From Rhynchobatus australiae (lineage: Eukaryota): a DNA stretch of 64,000 nt. The translations under genes and the position numbers were made by a program. The notes under the pieces are model-generated. The model did not search any database and was not told where the DNA came from. It was given only the letters and a program-made list of their open reading frames with translations. Positions 25,686-37,735 of this stretch are shown here, one piece after another (position 1 is the stretch's first letter; every line of letters begins with the position of its first letter). The stretch covers positions 94,151,131 through 94,215,130 of the forward strand of contig JAUZTB010000001.1 of the NCBI GenBank assembly GCA_034780895.1, written 5' to 3'.

Positions 25686-28600
25686 TAGAAAGTATGGCGT
25701 GCTGCCAGGTGAATGACCCACAAATATTAAGAAGGAGTAGGGTAAGCATATGAAGGAGGAACGAGCAAAGAAGTATTAAATAGATGAGATGAATTAAGAT
25801 GAGAAAAACCTCTTGTGAATCTAGTAACCCTGGTGTGCCTTTCAATTAATTTAATCACCATAGAAGTGAAATTTGCATCAGTGATTTTAAGATTTAGATT
25901 TGGACTCTCTTTGTTTAAGTAAGCACCATGTGTACTTTTCTTCATTTACCTGGTATTTGCTCTGAACTCAGAGACAGATTGGAAATGCTGTTAAGATGTC
26001 TACCAATTCTTTAAATACCTTGGGGTCAATTAAATATGGCTCTGGTGATCTTTACCTCATGAGCCCTTTGAATTTTACCTCCGGGGATAGACTAGTGACC
26101 TTTTTAAGTTTTAGTTTTTATTAGCTGTAAAGGAGCAAATCCAACTTTTGCACAGACCATACCAGATACAAAAGATGTGCAAGATTCTTTCACCATGGAT
26201 GTCATCATTTAACAAAGTTCAGATTGTGAATATGTATCAGTTCGCTTCTTCGGTGAGTGGTTTCGGTACTGGCAGTGGTCTGGCTGATCGTGTACCTAAA
26301 TATTTACAACTTGTGTCTCCTAGAGTATTTCTGCTGAGGCATTTCCTCAATATTGGACAATGTCTTGAGGTTTATCTTGAGGAAGTACTGTATATAAATT
26401 TTATCAATAATTGGCTGTTCAATCTTGGAATTTTAGTCTTGGTTAAGTAGGGAGAGAACTATCGGAACACCAGTGGGTTACTTTGCCCCTCAAGGCTTCG
26501 TTTCTTACCATGTATTCAGATCAAGACTGATCCCTGAGCTCACTCTATTTATCCATCAATCAGTAGAAATAATTTCCATCTCTCTATAGGCTTTGTTCCC
26601 TATCCTGAAAACCTCTTTAAATCACTCATTCACCTTCTCAACTGCATGGAATACAACCTTAGTTTGTGGGTTGTGACCCTTGGAATCCTTTACCATTCTT
26701 CACAAGGTTTGAACAGTGGATAGACTGGGATAGAAGGATGTAATTCACTCCCCATTTTATTAAGGGGCCATGGTGGAGATATTGGTTGAGGTGCAATATA
26801 TGTCAGGCAATGTGGTTGAGTCCTGAATGTCACAGACTGAAGCAGGAAATAATTTCACATTCATTGCTCATTAAACTTTGAGCTACTGACTTGCAATGAC
26901 TGCTGCTGCTGGTTGGCCAGTTTCAACACAGGCTTGGGACTTGTTGGGGAGATGATCTGGGGCTGTGAGATGCTGAAGCAAGCTGGTAAATCTTTGGGAG
27001 GTCAGGTGGAGTCTGCAAGTCAAAATGAAAGTAAAAAAGCAACACACTTTCTGGATGGCCCTCTCACAATTAGAATCAGCTGCAACTGTTTTCTTAAATT
27101 CTAGATCTTCCTTGGAAACCCATTGAAGAGTAGCATTTGTTTCTGTCCTTGGCAGCTGTATCTGCTCAAGTAATATGGAAGACTCAGCTCAGAACGTCTC
27201 TGTAATCTCCTCACAATAAGATCAAAGATAGAGAAGTGTCCTCTTACAAGTTTCAATTGTTTCATCTGTTTATTATTTTTATTTATACTCTACTTGTTTT
27301 TAGCAATGCTTGAGTCTTGGTATGGACCATCTTTTTCTCTTTATTTCTCTTTCTAAGGCTTCAATTCTGTGCTGTTGCAGAAGTTAAATGGCAAGATGGG
27401 TGGTAAAAGGACAAGACTTGGATTTGGGTGTGTGGGGTAAAGTTTCAGCTTTGCAGATGACACAAAAATGTGTGGGTAACAGTGAAGAAGATGTCAACTG
27501 ACTGTAAGAGGACATAGTCTGTCAGAATGAGCAGACGAGCAACAAATGAAATTAAACACTGAGATGTTTGAAGATGCACATTATGATTAAAAGAACAAGC
27601 AGGAACAATGTGCATTAAATAGTAAAGTTTGAAAGGGTGTATAGGAACAGAAAGAACATAGAATACCAACAAACACCTATCACAATGTCTGACTTGCTGT
27701 TTACATGAACAGATCTGTTGGCTATTGTTTGTTTGGAGTTGGTATGTGAACCTTTCTTGTAGTGCTTGTCGCTGTAACTACAGAAATCTTGAGACATCAA
27801 GAACTTCAGGAAAAGTGGATTCACTTTTTACAGAATGACAACGCTTGGCACATCTGCTCATACCTGAAGAAGGTGATATCACTCTCACATGGCTTATTTG
27901 TATAAGAGTCTACAAATGAACCACACTGGCATTTCCCAGGAAAACCCAGCCCTTTGTTATCCATTGCGCTGATTGAGATTGCGAGTATGCAAATGTATTT
28001 TATACCAGAAACTTGCACAGTTAGCCCATAATTTTGCAGTTCCACTTCGAATGAATTTAGTGGCAATATTTCAACAAGACCTATCAGGAAGCAACTCAAA
28101 GAAATTTTTTGACCACAAACATCAATATACTTCAAACTATTTGCGTCACATTCTGGTTACAGTCTCTTGGAAGTCAATATCAGGGAATTTGCAGAAATTC
28201 AACACACAATACATGGAAAACAATCTATGGTTACACAGCTAGTGTGTGGGAATGAAATCCAAAGTAATGTTATAGCCTTAGTGCATACAAAGCTGATGCA
28301 CCAGTTTATTCCTCTGGAAGAATTGAGAGTTCCTGTCGATGTGTTATAACCGTATTTCATGAAAGCACTTTAGACATTGAACTGAAATCAATTTACTTGC
28401 AGTGGAAGAATGAGTGAAAGAAAAAGAGTTGTGACAAAGGTTCCTTATCCAGAGTGACAAGTACAACATGTTGTCTGCTGTACGAATATTGTTTTCATGT
28501 TTGCTCTGTCTGCTGTGTTGGAATATGCCACAACTGTTATTGATTATATCAATAGTAGTTTGTTTGCTATGTTATACGAACACTTCCTATGACTTGGCAG

Positions 28601-29186
28601 TTGCATTTGTTGATCTCTGGTCAATATTTAGACAGTTGAGATTTCTGCATATGGTTCTGATGCATTAAAGCAACTTCATAGGAGTAAGACACTGTAAGCC
28701 TTGCAGGAAAATTGATGGATTTTTAATAGAGCAGGAGCAAACTAGTAGATCAACTTTGTATCCAAAAATACAAGTTTCCATTTATTAGTTTCAGAGCCCA
28801 CAAATATTTTCCTTTTTTGGAATCAAAGTTTGGTATAAATCTCTCAATTCCATCCAGTTGCTTTTGATTCTTATTTATGTAAATCTTTCATTTGTTCTAT
28901 ACAATTGGCGAGCTTGCTTCATCCTTTCAAACAGTAGTTTAGACTCGGAGGGGTGAATTGGAATCGCACAGAGGTCAGTCCCTCGGGTTTTCTTGCCTGA
29001 AGGATATACGAGTGGAAAGGCATTGAACCAGTTGGGTTTATGNNNNNNNNNNNNNNNNNNNNNNNNNNNNNNNNNNNNNNNNNNNNNNNNNNNNNNNNNN
29101 NNNNNNNNNNNNNNNNNNNNNNNNNNNNNNNNNNNNNNNNNNNNNNNNNNNNNNNNNNNNNNNNNNNNNNNNNNNNNNNNNNNNNN

Positions 29187-29950
29187 CGGCCAAGTGTGAG
29201 GTGTTGCACTTTTGGAGGTCGAATGTAAAGGGACAGTCCACAGCCTTAATGGTGTTGATGTACGAAGGGATCTTGGGGGTCCCTGTCCATAGTTCTCTAA
29301 AAGTGCTGCACAGTTAATAGTGTAGTAAAGAAGGTGTGTGGCATTCTTCCCTTTATTAGTTGAGGCACTGAGTTCAAGAGTCAGGAAATTGTGTTGCAGC
29401 TTTATAAAACTCTGGTTAGGCCACATCTGGAGTATTGCATTCGATTCTGGTCAATTTTAGGAAGGGTGTGGAAGCCTTGGAGAGGGTGCAGAAGAGGCTT
29501 ACCAGGATGCTGCTTGGATTGGAGGGCATGTGCTATAAGGAGAGGTTGGACAAACTTGGGTTGTTTTCTCTGGAGAGGTGGAGGCTGAGCGGAGAATGAT
29601 TGAAGTTTATAAGATTATGACAAGCATAGAGACAACAGGCGATATCTTTTTCCCAGAGCCAAAATGTCTAATACTGGAGGGCATGCATTTAGGTGAAGGG
29701 GTAAGTTCAAAGGAGATGTGTTGGGCAAATTATTTTACACAGAGTGGTGGGTGCCTGGAATCTGCTGCCAGGGTTGATAGTGGAGGCAAATACGATAGAA
29801 GTAGGCACATGAATGTGCAAAGAATGGAGAAATATGGACATTATGTGGGAAGAAGGGATTGGTTTAGTTTGGCATTTAACTATAAGTTTAAGTTCAGCAC
29901 AACATCGTGGGCCAAAGGGCCTGTTCCTATGCTTTACTGTTCTATGTTCT
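29187..29950 (+). mobile_element. CR1 LINE RT/3' fragment
   Basis: LQLYKTLVRPHLEYCIRFWS, IEVYKIM and the tail gggccaaagggcctgttcct..tactgttctatgttct. Confidence 0.92.
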
Positions 29951-31034
29951 GGATATGTGGTAAATTTTAGAGATCCCAGATTTTTTAGCTAATTTCCAGA
30001 TAAAACTGTGAATTGTTACTTTTGGGATTAGTGGTGTCTCACTTCTCATTCGGGAGCATGTCTTTATTTCAAATCTAGTAACCTAAACAGGAAGCCATAT
30101 TAACCAGTTGTCATGAGGCCCAGAAAGTAATATAAGATGTATTTTATCAAGTTATTCTAAAGTAGCAGAAATGTGCTTGGATTGCCTCTCAGGAGTTTTA
30201 AAGCACTTAAAGGGATGATCTTGATCTGTAATTATTCGTTCAGTATTTGAATGCTCATTTTTCTCCAATGTAAATGTGTGTGCTGACATTTCTCGTGGGC
30301 CTGGTTGAACAGCATCCTTCCATCACGATTTAATAACTCCAAAACTTTGCTGTTTACCTGAGGATATTTGAAGTCTTCTTGCAGCATTTCTGTGCAGAAT
30401 TCCTTGAAGTTTAATTATTTTTGTGGTCTGCTTCAAACACACTGTCTAATTCAAGCTGAGTTTCTGCTACCTATTTCAAACCTACAGGCTTTGTTTGAAA
30501 TACTTCCAAGCCTGAAAGTCAGGAGATTAGGTTATGTTTTATATGCATACTTGGATGCTTTTTCCTTTTTAAGCTATCAGTGTTAATTTTCTACTCATTA
30601 CAACGGGGATGGTTGACTTGGCCGTCATTTCGCAAACCTGCTCTTTGGGCCATCAATCTCTGCCTGCCTGGCCTGCCCAAACACAGCGTTTGGATGCTGC
30701 TGTGGGAAAATAGTGATGCAGCAGAAATGGAACCACTTTCCCATTGGGATGGCTTTGTCGAATACTGCAGCAGACATAGCAGCCTCAACTACAATTCTTT
30801 GTATCCTTGAGTACCTTTGTGTCATTTTCCTGTAAATTCAGAACAGACATATGGGGCACTAACGACCTGTCCTTGACCAGCAACTCAGTTCTTGTCAGCA
30901 GTAGATCTATAGTGTATGAAAACTTTTGGCTGCATTTGTATTCCCAGTGAGATAAATAAGGTCACCAGGATGGAAGGGAAAAGTTTTAATTTGAGTACCT
31001 TCAGTTGCATAAAATGAATTTTATTATAGAGAGA

Positions 31035-31248
31035 GAGAGTCATGGAGTAATATGGCATGGAAACAGGCCCTTCGGCCCAACTCGTCCATGCCGACCGTGG
31101 TGCCCACCAAGCTGTGTTTGGCCCATATCCTTCTGAACCCCTCCTATCCATGTACTTACCCAAATGTCTTTTAAGTGTTGTTATCGAACCTACGTCAACC
31201 ACTTCCTCAGGTAGCTCATTCCATATACACACCACCCTCTGCATGAAA
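31035..31248 (-). mobile_element. CR1 3' end
   Basis: QRVVCIWNELPEEVVDVGSITTLKRHLGKYM and the tail gggccgaagggcctgtttcc. Confidence 0.9.
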
Positions 31249-32085
31249 AATAAGCAGTCTTTTTTACTTGAGCAGGGCAGAGATTTTGACAGTTTCAGGC
31301 ACCAAGTTTTGCTACACTTGGGGTTAGTAGGGTTGATATGTGGGTGGGTTGTGCAGAAGAGACTTCCCTTAAGGAGAGAAGTTAAGAGCGGATATCATTT
31401 CTAAATGATTGGAGAAATTGCTGTGGTAGAGAGAAATAAATTCTCTCTCTTTGGGGTGCCCAAGGAATGCGACATCACCTCATCATAGTGTTAGTCCACA
31501 ACAGAGTGATGCCAGGAAGGGTACAGGGAATCTGGAAATCCTTCATTCAAAAATCTGTTGAACACAGACCAATTCAACATTTCTAAATACTGATAACTGT
31601 TTATAAAGTAAGACTGTTGAAGTATGTAGAATCAAGGCAGTTGGACTTAATTAATCTGCAGATCATCAGTGATCTAATTCAATGGTAGATCACTTTTGAG
31701 TGACTGAATTGCTTACTCCTGCTCCTACACAAAATCCTGGAAACATCTCAGCAGGTCAGGCAACATCTGTGATAGGAACAGCAGCTGTCCAATCTTTCTT
31801 CAAAACACTTCCGTTTCAAAATACAACACAGTGGACAATGAAGGGCATGAAGGACTGATGATGGTTGTAGGTTTAATACTTGAAAAATTCAAGATTGGAA
31901 TGAACCAAATGATTGATTAAGGTGAATTGCAGTTTGGGTATTTTCTCAGGGTCGATAGTTCTTACAATACAATGGGTGAGAAATTTGTCTGGGAAACCCA
32001 TAAAGCCAGCATTGTCCAAATGAATATTGTGTGGGTTAACCATTTTTACGCATGTTTGCTCAGTATATCAATTATCATGCCATTA

Positions 32086-32340
32086 GGGCAGCACGGTAGC
32101 ATAGTGGTTAGCCCAACGCTATTACAGCGCCAGCAATCAGGGTTCGATTCCCGTCGCTGCCTGTAAGGAGTTTGTACGTTCTCCCGTGTCTGCGTGGGTT
32201 TCCTCCGGGTGCTCCGGTTTCCTCCCACTTTCTAAAGATGTACGGGTAGGTTAGTTTGGGGTTTAAAAAGGGTGGTGTGGACTTGTTGGGCCGGAAGGGC
32301 CTGTTACCACTCTGTAAATAAAATTTTAAATTTAAAAAAT
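32086..32340 (+). mobile_element. V-SINE (HE1-like), relatively young
   Basis: gggcagcacggtagcatagtggttagc..gggttcgattccc..V-domain..gggccggaagggcctgttacc, with an AT-rich end and CpGs retained. Confidence 0.92.
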
Positions 32341-32785
32341 ATAAAAGCAGGGAGGTTACGATGGATCATATGCAACACCAGTCTGGCCACAGCCCCAGTA
32401 CTGCAAATAGTACTGGTCACCACATAACAGGAAAGGCAAGGGTGCAATGAAGATGTACAAGAACATCAAGTCAAGTCGAGTTTATTGTCATGTGCACAAG
32501 TGTGGTGAGGTACAGGTATAATGAAGAACTCGCTTGCCAGCATTGGGAAACAATTACCATGGGGAGACATTGGAAAGGACGGGCTTCTTTTTGTTAGAAC
32601 AGAGACTAAAGGGAGAACAAATTGAGGAGTCCAGAATTACGAGGGTCTGGATAGGGTAAACAGGAAGGATTTATTTCCCTTACTGGTGCAGCCACAAAGA
32701 GGGAAGTTGAGGAAGAGATTTTTTCACCCAGAAGATGGTTGGCCTCTTTAACTCATCTGGCAGAAACCACGCCACGTTTAAAAGG
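32341..32785 (+). mobile_element. Old CR1 fragment containing a short Rex1-type tail (~32465-32540, minus)
   Basis: tctggccacagccccagtactg and ttttttcacccagaagatgg. The nested piece reads tcaagtcaagtcgagtttattgtcatgtgcac. Confidence 0.6.
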
Positions 32786-32789
32786 ATCC

Positions 32790-33310
32790 GATTATTTTCG
32801 AATCTGCAGGTTCTTTCAGGAGTCCAAGAATGAGTTGAAAGCAACTTGGTGCTTCACAAAGTTTCATTGGAAAAGTTCAAAACAAAGAAACAGTCACAGA
32901 GCACATGGCACTGGCTTTTCTTCTAGGAAATGAGCCAAGACAAAGGAACTATAAATGACTTAGGGCCAGGAGGGGAAGAGAGCAAGAGAGAGAGATAGAG
33001 CCAAGGAAGAGAGAGACCCAAGAGAGTGAGATAGGCAAGAAAGTGATTAACAAAAAACAACACTTTTTATACCTGAGATACGAGGTACTCATTAGCTAAC
33101 AATAGTCCAACTGGGAAACCTAATAGATATCTGTGGCAAAACCAACCAATGAGAAAACACATATTCACCTGATGGATAAACCAATAAGCTAAGAAGCGGT
33201 TATACGTTGTACAGCCACTTGAGGTGTATTAAACACTGTACGTGTTAAAAAACTACTTAAAACAGTCGAATCCAACAAAGGGTTGAAGGACAGGAACTTG
33301 CAGGGCTGCA
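32790..33310 (-). mobile_element. Possible solo LTR (ERV- or Gypsy-type)
   Basis: On the minus strand: ATTGG boxes, then GTATAAAAAG (~33062-33071), a CT-rich stretch, AATGAA and a U5-like end. It abuts a broken CR1, and its other end runs into an N gap. Confidence 0.4.
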
Positions 33311-34863
33311 NNNNNNNNNNNNNNNNNNNNNNNNNNNNNNNNNNNNNNNNNNNNNNNNNNNNNNNNNNNNNNNNNNNNNNNNNNNNNNNNNNNNNNNNNN
33401 NNNNNNNNNNGGGGTGGTTGGGGGGGGGGAGGGTAAGGAATGATCAACATTTAGATTCCAATTCATCATGGGGTGAGTGCTGCAAAACAAAATGCAGAAT
33501 GCCAGAAACACTCGGCAAGTATACTTGCAGACTTGGCAGCATCTGTGATGAGAGAAACAGAGTCACTGGTCAGTTCAGGGTTAGTGACGTTTCTTCAGAA
33601 TATGGTAAGTGACATGTCTGGTCTCTGCTGCCTGAGAAGAGCTTGTACCTGACGTCCTATTTGGCTGCCTTTGGGGCTGTCAGTTCTTGATTCCCAGATG
33701 TTTCTGCCGCCGATGGGTCCAAATCAGTAAATGCAGAGCTTAGTGTTGGAGGCATTGGGATCTGTACATTAATGAATCACTTGCGGTGAGATTCTAACAC
33801 GCTTCTCAAAATACAGTGATTAAAATAGTAGTGTGAAACCTCAAACTTAAAAGCAAGACATTATGTCCCTTTTAAGTTATATGTCCCATCCGTGTTGGAA
33901 ATTGGTGATTAAAATTGATAGCATGCTCATTTGTGGAGTGGATTTACTGAGCTTTTGGTCTTCACTCCAACTTTTCACGTTCACTGGAATTGTCACTTGT
34001 GAGTAGAGGCTCTGCCTTCTGGTATTTATTAAATTGAAGCTTCAAGATCGAAGTTCAGTTTGCCAGTCTTTTCCTGAAGAAAATTAAGTAAATGGTTGTT
34101 GACCCGAGTCTTCTGTGGTGAACTGTTTTTTAATCCAAAACATTGAGCACTCAGCTTCTCTGCAGTCATTGCTTTGAATGAAGAGGATAATGAAAGGTAC
34201 AGCAATGGTCATTTGTGTAATGGTAGACACTACAGGTTCAGCCTGCAACTGAAACCGGCTGGGCACTGATGCTAGTTATTTCACACTTGAGATCACTTTT
34301 GTAAATCAAGCAATGATGACTAACATTTAACGCAATCTATGTTATCTCCATCAGCGAAAGTAATTTCCTTTTCTTAACGAGGTCACAATTTCAACTACAT
34401 TACTGAACACTCGGTTTGACTCTTGTCTGTTCATCTGGGCAGGATTGAGTTACTGTTCTGTTGCCTGCTACACTTAGTGACAGACATCGTCACTCACCTC
34501 CAGTTGCAAGTAATATTAGCAACTCATCAGCTATTCTTATGGAATGGATCTGATGGGAAAACTCTGAGGTCCAACTTAGACTTCATGGGCTGCATAGCCT
34601 ACTTCTTCAGTGTAATACGGGTTCCCCCGCTAACCCCCCATGTCACAAAGGGGCTGTGCTCCTAGAAAACTGCCCATGTTGCGATTTTCTGTTACACGAG
34701 CTTATGAAAAAAAAGGACAAAATATGTTTCCTTTGCATTTTGTGTTTATTTAGTTATTCTTTCACATCAATTGTGTTAGCACAAACTTTTATTCTGCATC
34801 TCAGTTTTGAGTACTGATCTGTGAATTCCATAAGGGAGAATTTCTGTTACCAGAACTGCCATT

Positions 34864-35168
34864 AAGATGAGATAAGATATCTTTATTAGTCACCTGTACA
34901 TCGAAACACACGGTGAAATGCATCTTTTGCGTTGAGTCTTCTGGGGGCAGCCTGCAAGTGTCGCCACTCTTCCAGCACCAATGTGGCATGCCCACAGCTC
35001 CTAACCCATACGTCTTTGGAATGTAGGAGGAAACCGGAGCACCCGGAGAAAACCCACGCAGACATGGGGATAATGTACAAACTCCTTGCAGACAGCGACC
35101 GGAATCGAACCCGGGTCGCTGGCTCTGTGATAGTGTTATGCTAACCACTACACTACCATGCCTGCCCA
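34864..35168 (-). mobile_element. V-SINE with a non-CR1 (Rex1-like) 3' tail
   Basis: Minus strand: gggcaggcatggtagtgtagtggttagc..gggttcgattcc..V-domain..atttcaccgtgtgtttcgatgtacaggtgactaataaagatatc. Confidence 0.9.
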
Positions 35169-35199
35169 ATTATATGGGGGTACACTGTCCTGTACAGTG

Positions 35200-35690
35200 A
35201 AGGAGGTCATTCAGCCCATCAAGTCTAAGGTGACACACGGAGCATTCCCTCATTTATTTTCTGCTAACGTATCCACACTGATGTGCCCATCAACTCCTCC
35301 CTGATTCTTCTCCCATCCACTAAGACAAGAGGTAATTTACAGTCACCAACCTAATCAACTTAACAGCCAGCACATGTTTGGGACACAGGAAGAAACCGGA
35401 GCAGCTGGGGAAATCCCACGCAGTCACGGGGAGAACATGCAAACTCCANNNNNNNNNNNNNNNNNNNNNNNNNNNNNNNNNNNNNNNNNNNNNNNNNNNN
35501 NNNNNNNNNNNNNNNNNNNNNNNNNNNNNNNNNNNNNNNNNNNNNNNNAGCAGATCACCCGGAAGATACCCATGCAGTCACGGGGAGAACATGCAAACTC
35601 CACGCACACAGCACCTGAGGTCAGGATCAATCTTCAGTCACTGGAACTGTGCGACAGCAGCACTAGCTGCTGCACCACTGTGTCTTGAAT
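35200..35690 (-). mobile_element. V-SINE with CR1 tail, split by a 100-N gap
   Basis: Head cacagtggtgcagcagctagt..gatcctgacctcaggtgctgtgtgcgtggagtttgcatgttctcccc. Tail gatgggctgaatgacctcct. Confidence 0.85.
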
Positions 35691-36219
35691 ACAGTTTACA
35701 GAACCACCTCTAATTTGCATTTGCACTGAGTGTCAATTAATGCAGCCTTTTTATATATAAAAAAATTGTTGAGATAAAAATAAAAGCTGCAGTATCTTGA
35801 AAAGAAGACAAAGTATTAGAAGCACACAGCAGCTCCATCAGTATGTGAAGAGAGAAGCTGCCTTAATGTTTTGAGTATAAAGGACTGAATTTGAAAGAGA
35901 TACGGCTGTATTCTGGACTGCAAAGCATTGAAATATATTATTTGGCTGAGCTGTGTTTTAAACTATCTTGCTTTCTTTATTTGAAGGAAGTAATTTCAGA
36001 CCACTTAGCATATAAAAGGCAGCCCTTAAAAATACTCCTGTGATAAATCTAAACTTTACCAGGCTGATGTATTAGTGCAGTGCAAAAGCTAGCATCTTGC
36101 CATAGCATACATATGGATGATGACTTGTGATTTGACCCTATTGTGGTCTTTTGCTGAGTGATTGATATACTGAGTCCCTCAGTTCAGAGCAGATTAACAA
36201 TGAACTGGCTGCATTGAAC

Positions 36220-37420
36220 CATAAGAATGTAAGAAAAAAAGAGGAGCAGCAGTAGACCTGTTGGCCGTAGACTGGAGCCTGCTCTGCCATTCAATAAGAT
36301 CACAGCTGACCACTCTTGGCCTCACACCACCTTCCCACACTCTCTGCATACCCCTCGACTCTCTTGTAGTTTAAATGCATGTCACTCTGCCCTTTGAATA
36401 TATTCAATGGCTCCACCTCTGCAGCTCTCTAGGGTTTAGAATTCGTAAGATTCTTGCCCCGCTAAGGAAAGAAATTCTTCATTATCCTGATCTGAACTGA
36501 GCAACTTCTTCCTCTGAGACTATACCCCCTTGTTCTAGACACCCCCACTTGGGGAGACATCCTCTCAGCATCCACCCTCTCAATCCCTGTCAGAATCTTA
36601 TGTTTCAATAAAATCACCTTGCATTCTTCTGTACCACAGTGGGAATTAGCCCGAGTTGCCCAACTCTTTCTTCATACATCAATCTAGGAATCAACCAAAT
36701 AAATCTCCTCTTCACTGCCTCAAATTCAAGCACATCCTTCCTTAAATCTCGAGACCTAAACACCATTCAGTACTCCAGATGTGCTCTTATCAGCACCTGG
36801 TAAAGTTCCTCAAAACCTCCTTAATTTTATACCAAATAACCCTCGCATAAAATGATAACATTTCAGTAGCCTTTACATATCTTTTTTCCTGAGTACTTTT
36901 TTATGTTTCATGTACTTGAATCTCCAGATCCTTTGGCATTGCAACAACCTTTCCTGGACTCACTGAATGTCAATAATTTGCTTTTTCATTCCGACTCCTA
37001 AAGTGGATTATTCATTATTTTATTTTACTCTGTCTGCCAGTGTCTTATCCATTCATTTTAATCTATCTTTTTTTCTTAGCAGGCACATTGTGTCCTCCTG
37101 ATGACTTCCAAGCTCACCTATCTTTGTATCATGAGCAAATTTGGCTTAAGTACACCTGGTCCCTTCATCCAAGTCTTCAACGTAGATGATGAATAGTTGA
37201 GGCCTCAGCACTTGATCCCTGTGGTACCCCATTAGTTACTGAAAGTTGATCTGAAAATGGCCCATTTCTCCCTCTGTTTACTGATAATAAACCGCTCCCC
37301 TGTCCATGCCAACCTGTGGTGTCAGCACATTGATACAAAAAAGACTTTTCAAGTCCAGTTTGAACTACCTTGGAGGTAATAGCTGGTGATAGATGTCCTA
37401 TACTACTTTTTTGTAAGAAT
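36220..37420 (-). mobile_element. Old CR1 LINE RT/3' region
   Basis: FSDQLSVTNGVPQGS on the minus strand. The cataagaatgtaagaaa..gagcagcagtagacc end is typical of the older CR1 tail. Confidence 0.8.
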
Positions 37421-37607
37421 CTTAGCAATCTGCCAATGCTTTAAACATTGGCAGGCTTCATACAGTGCAGCCAGATGCTGGTAAGTTGTATTACCTCTTG
37501 ATGTAAGCATGGTTGGATTGCAACTGAAACGTAAACAGAACTACTATTGTCTAACAGAACTATTGTCTTAAAAAGTAATTCATTAATGGCCTTCCGGTAA
37601 GGAAACC

Positions 37608-37735
37608 TTGGTTTGGTTTATTATTATTGTCATATGTACTAAGATACAGTGAAAAGCTTTTGTTTTGCATGTCATCCAGGCAGATCATGCCATGCATAAA
37701 TACATCAAGGTAGTAAAAAGAAAATAGAATGCTGC
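37608..37735 (-). mobile_element. Rex1-type LINE 3' tail
   Basis: ggtttattattgtcatatgtactaagatacagtgaaaagcttttgttttgc matches the tails at 48070-48130 and 59380-59460. Confidence 0.8.

Noticed and set aside
32086-32160. tRNA-like A/B box sequences here and in other SINE heads
   Set aside because: They run straight into the V-domain and a LINE tail, with no full cloverleaf or terminator. These are SINE heads, not tRNA genes.
37534-37570. Micro tandem duplications (aacagaact..attgtct; also caggtgttattctg at ~51797-51831)
   Set aside because: They are ordinary slippage-type duplications with no further structure.
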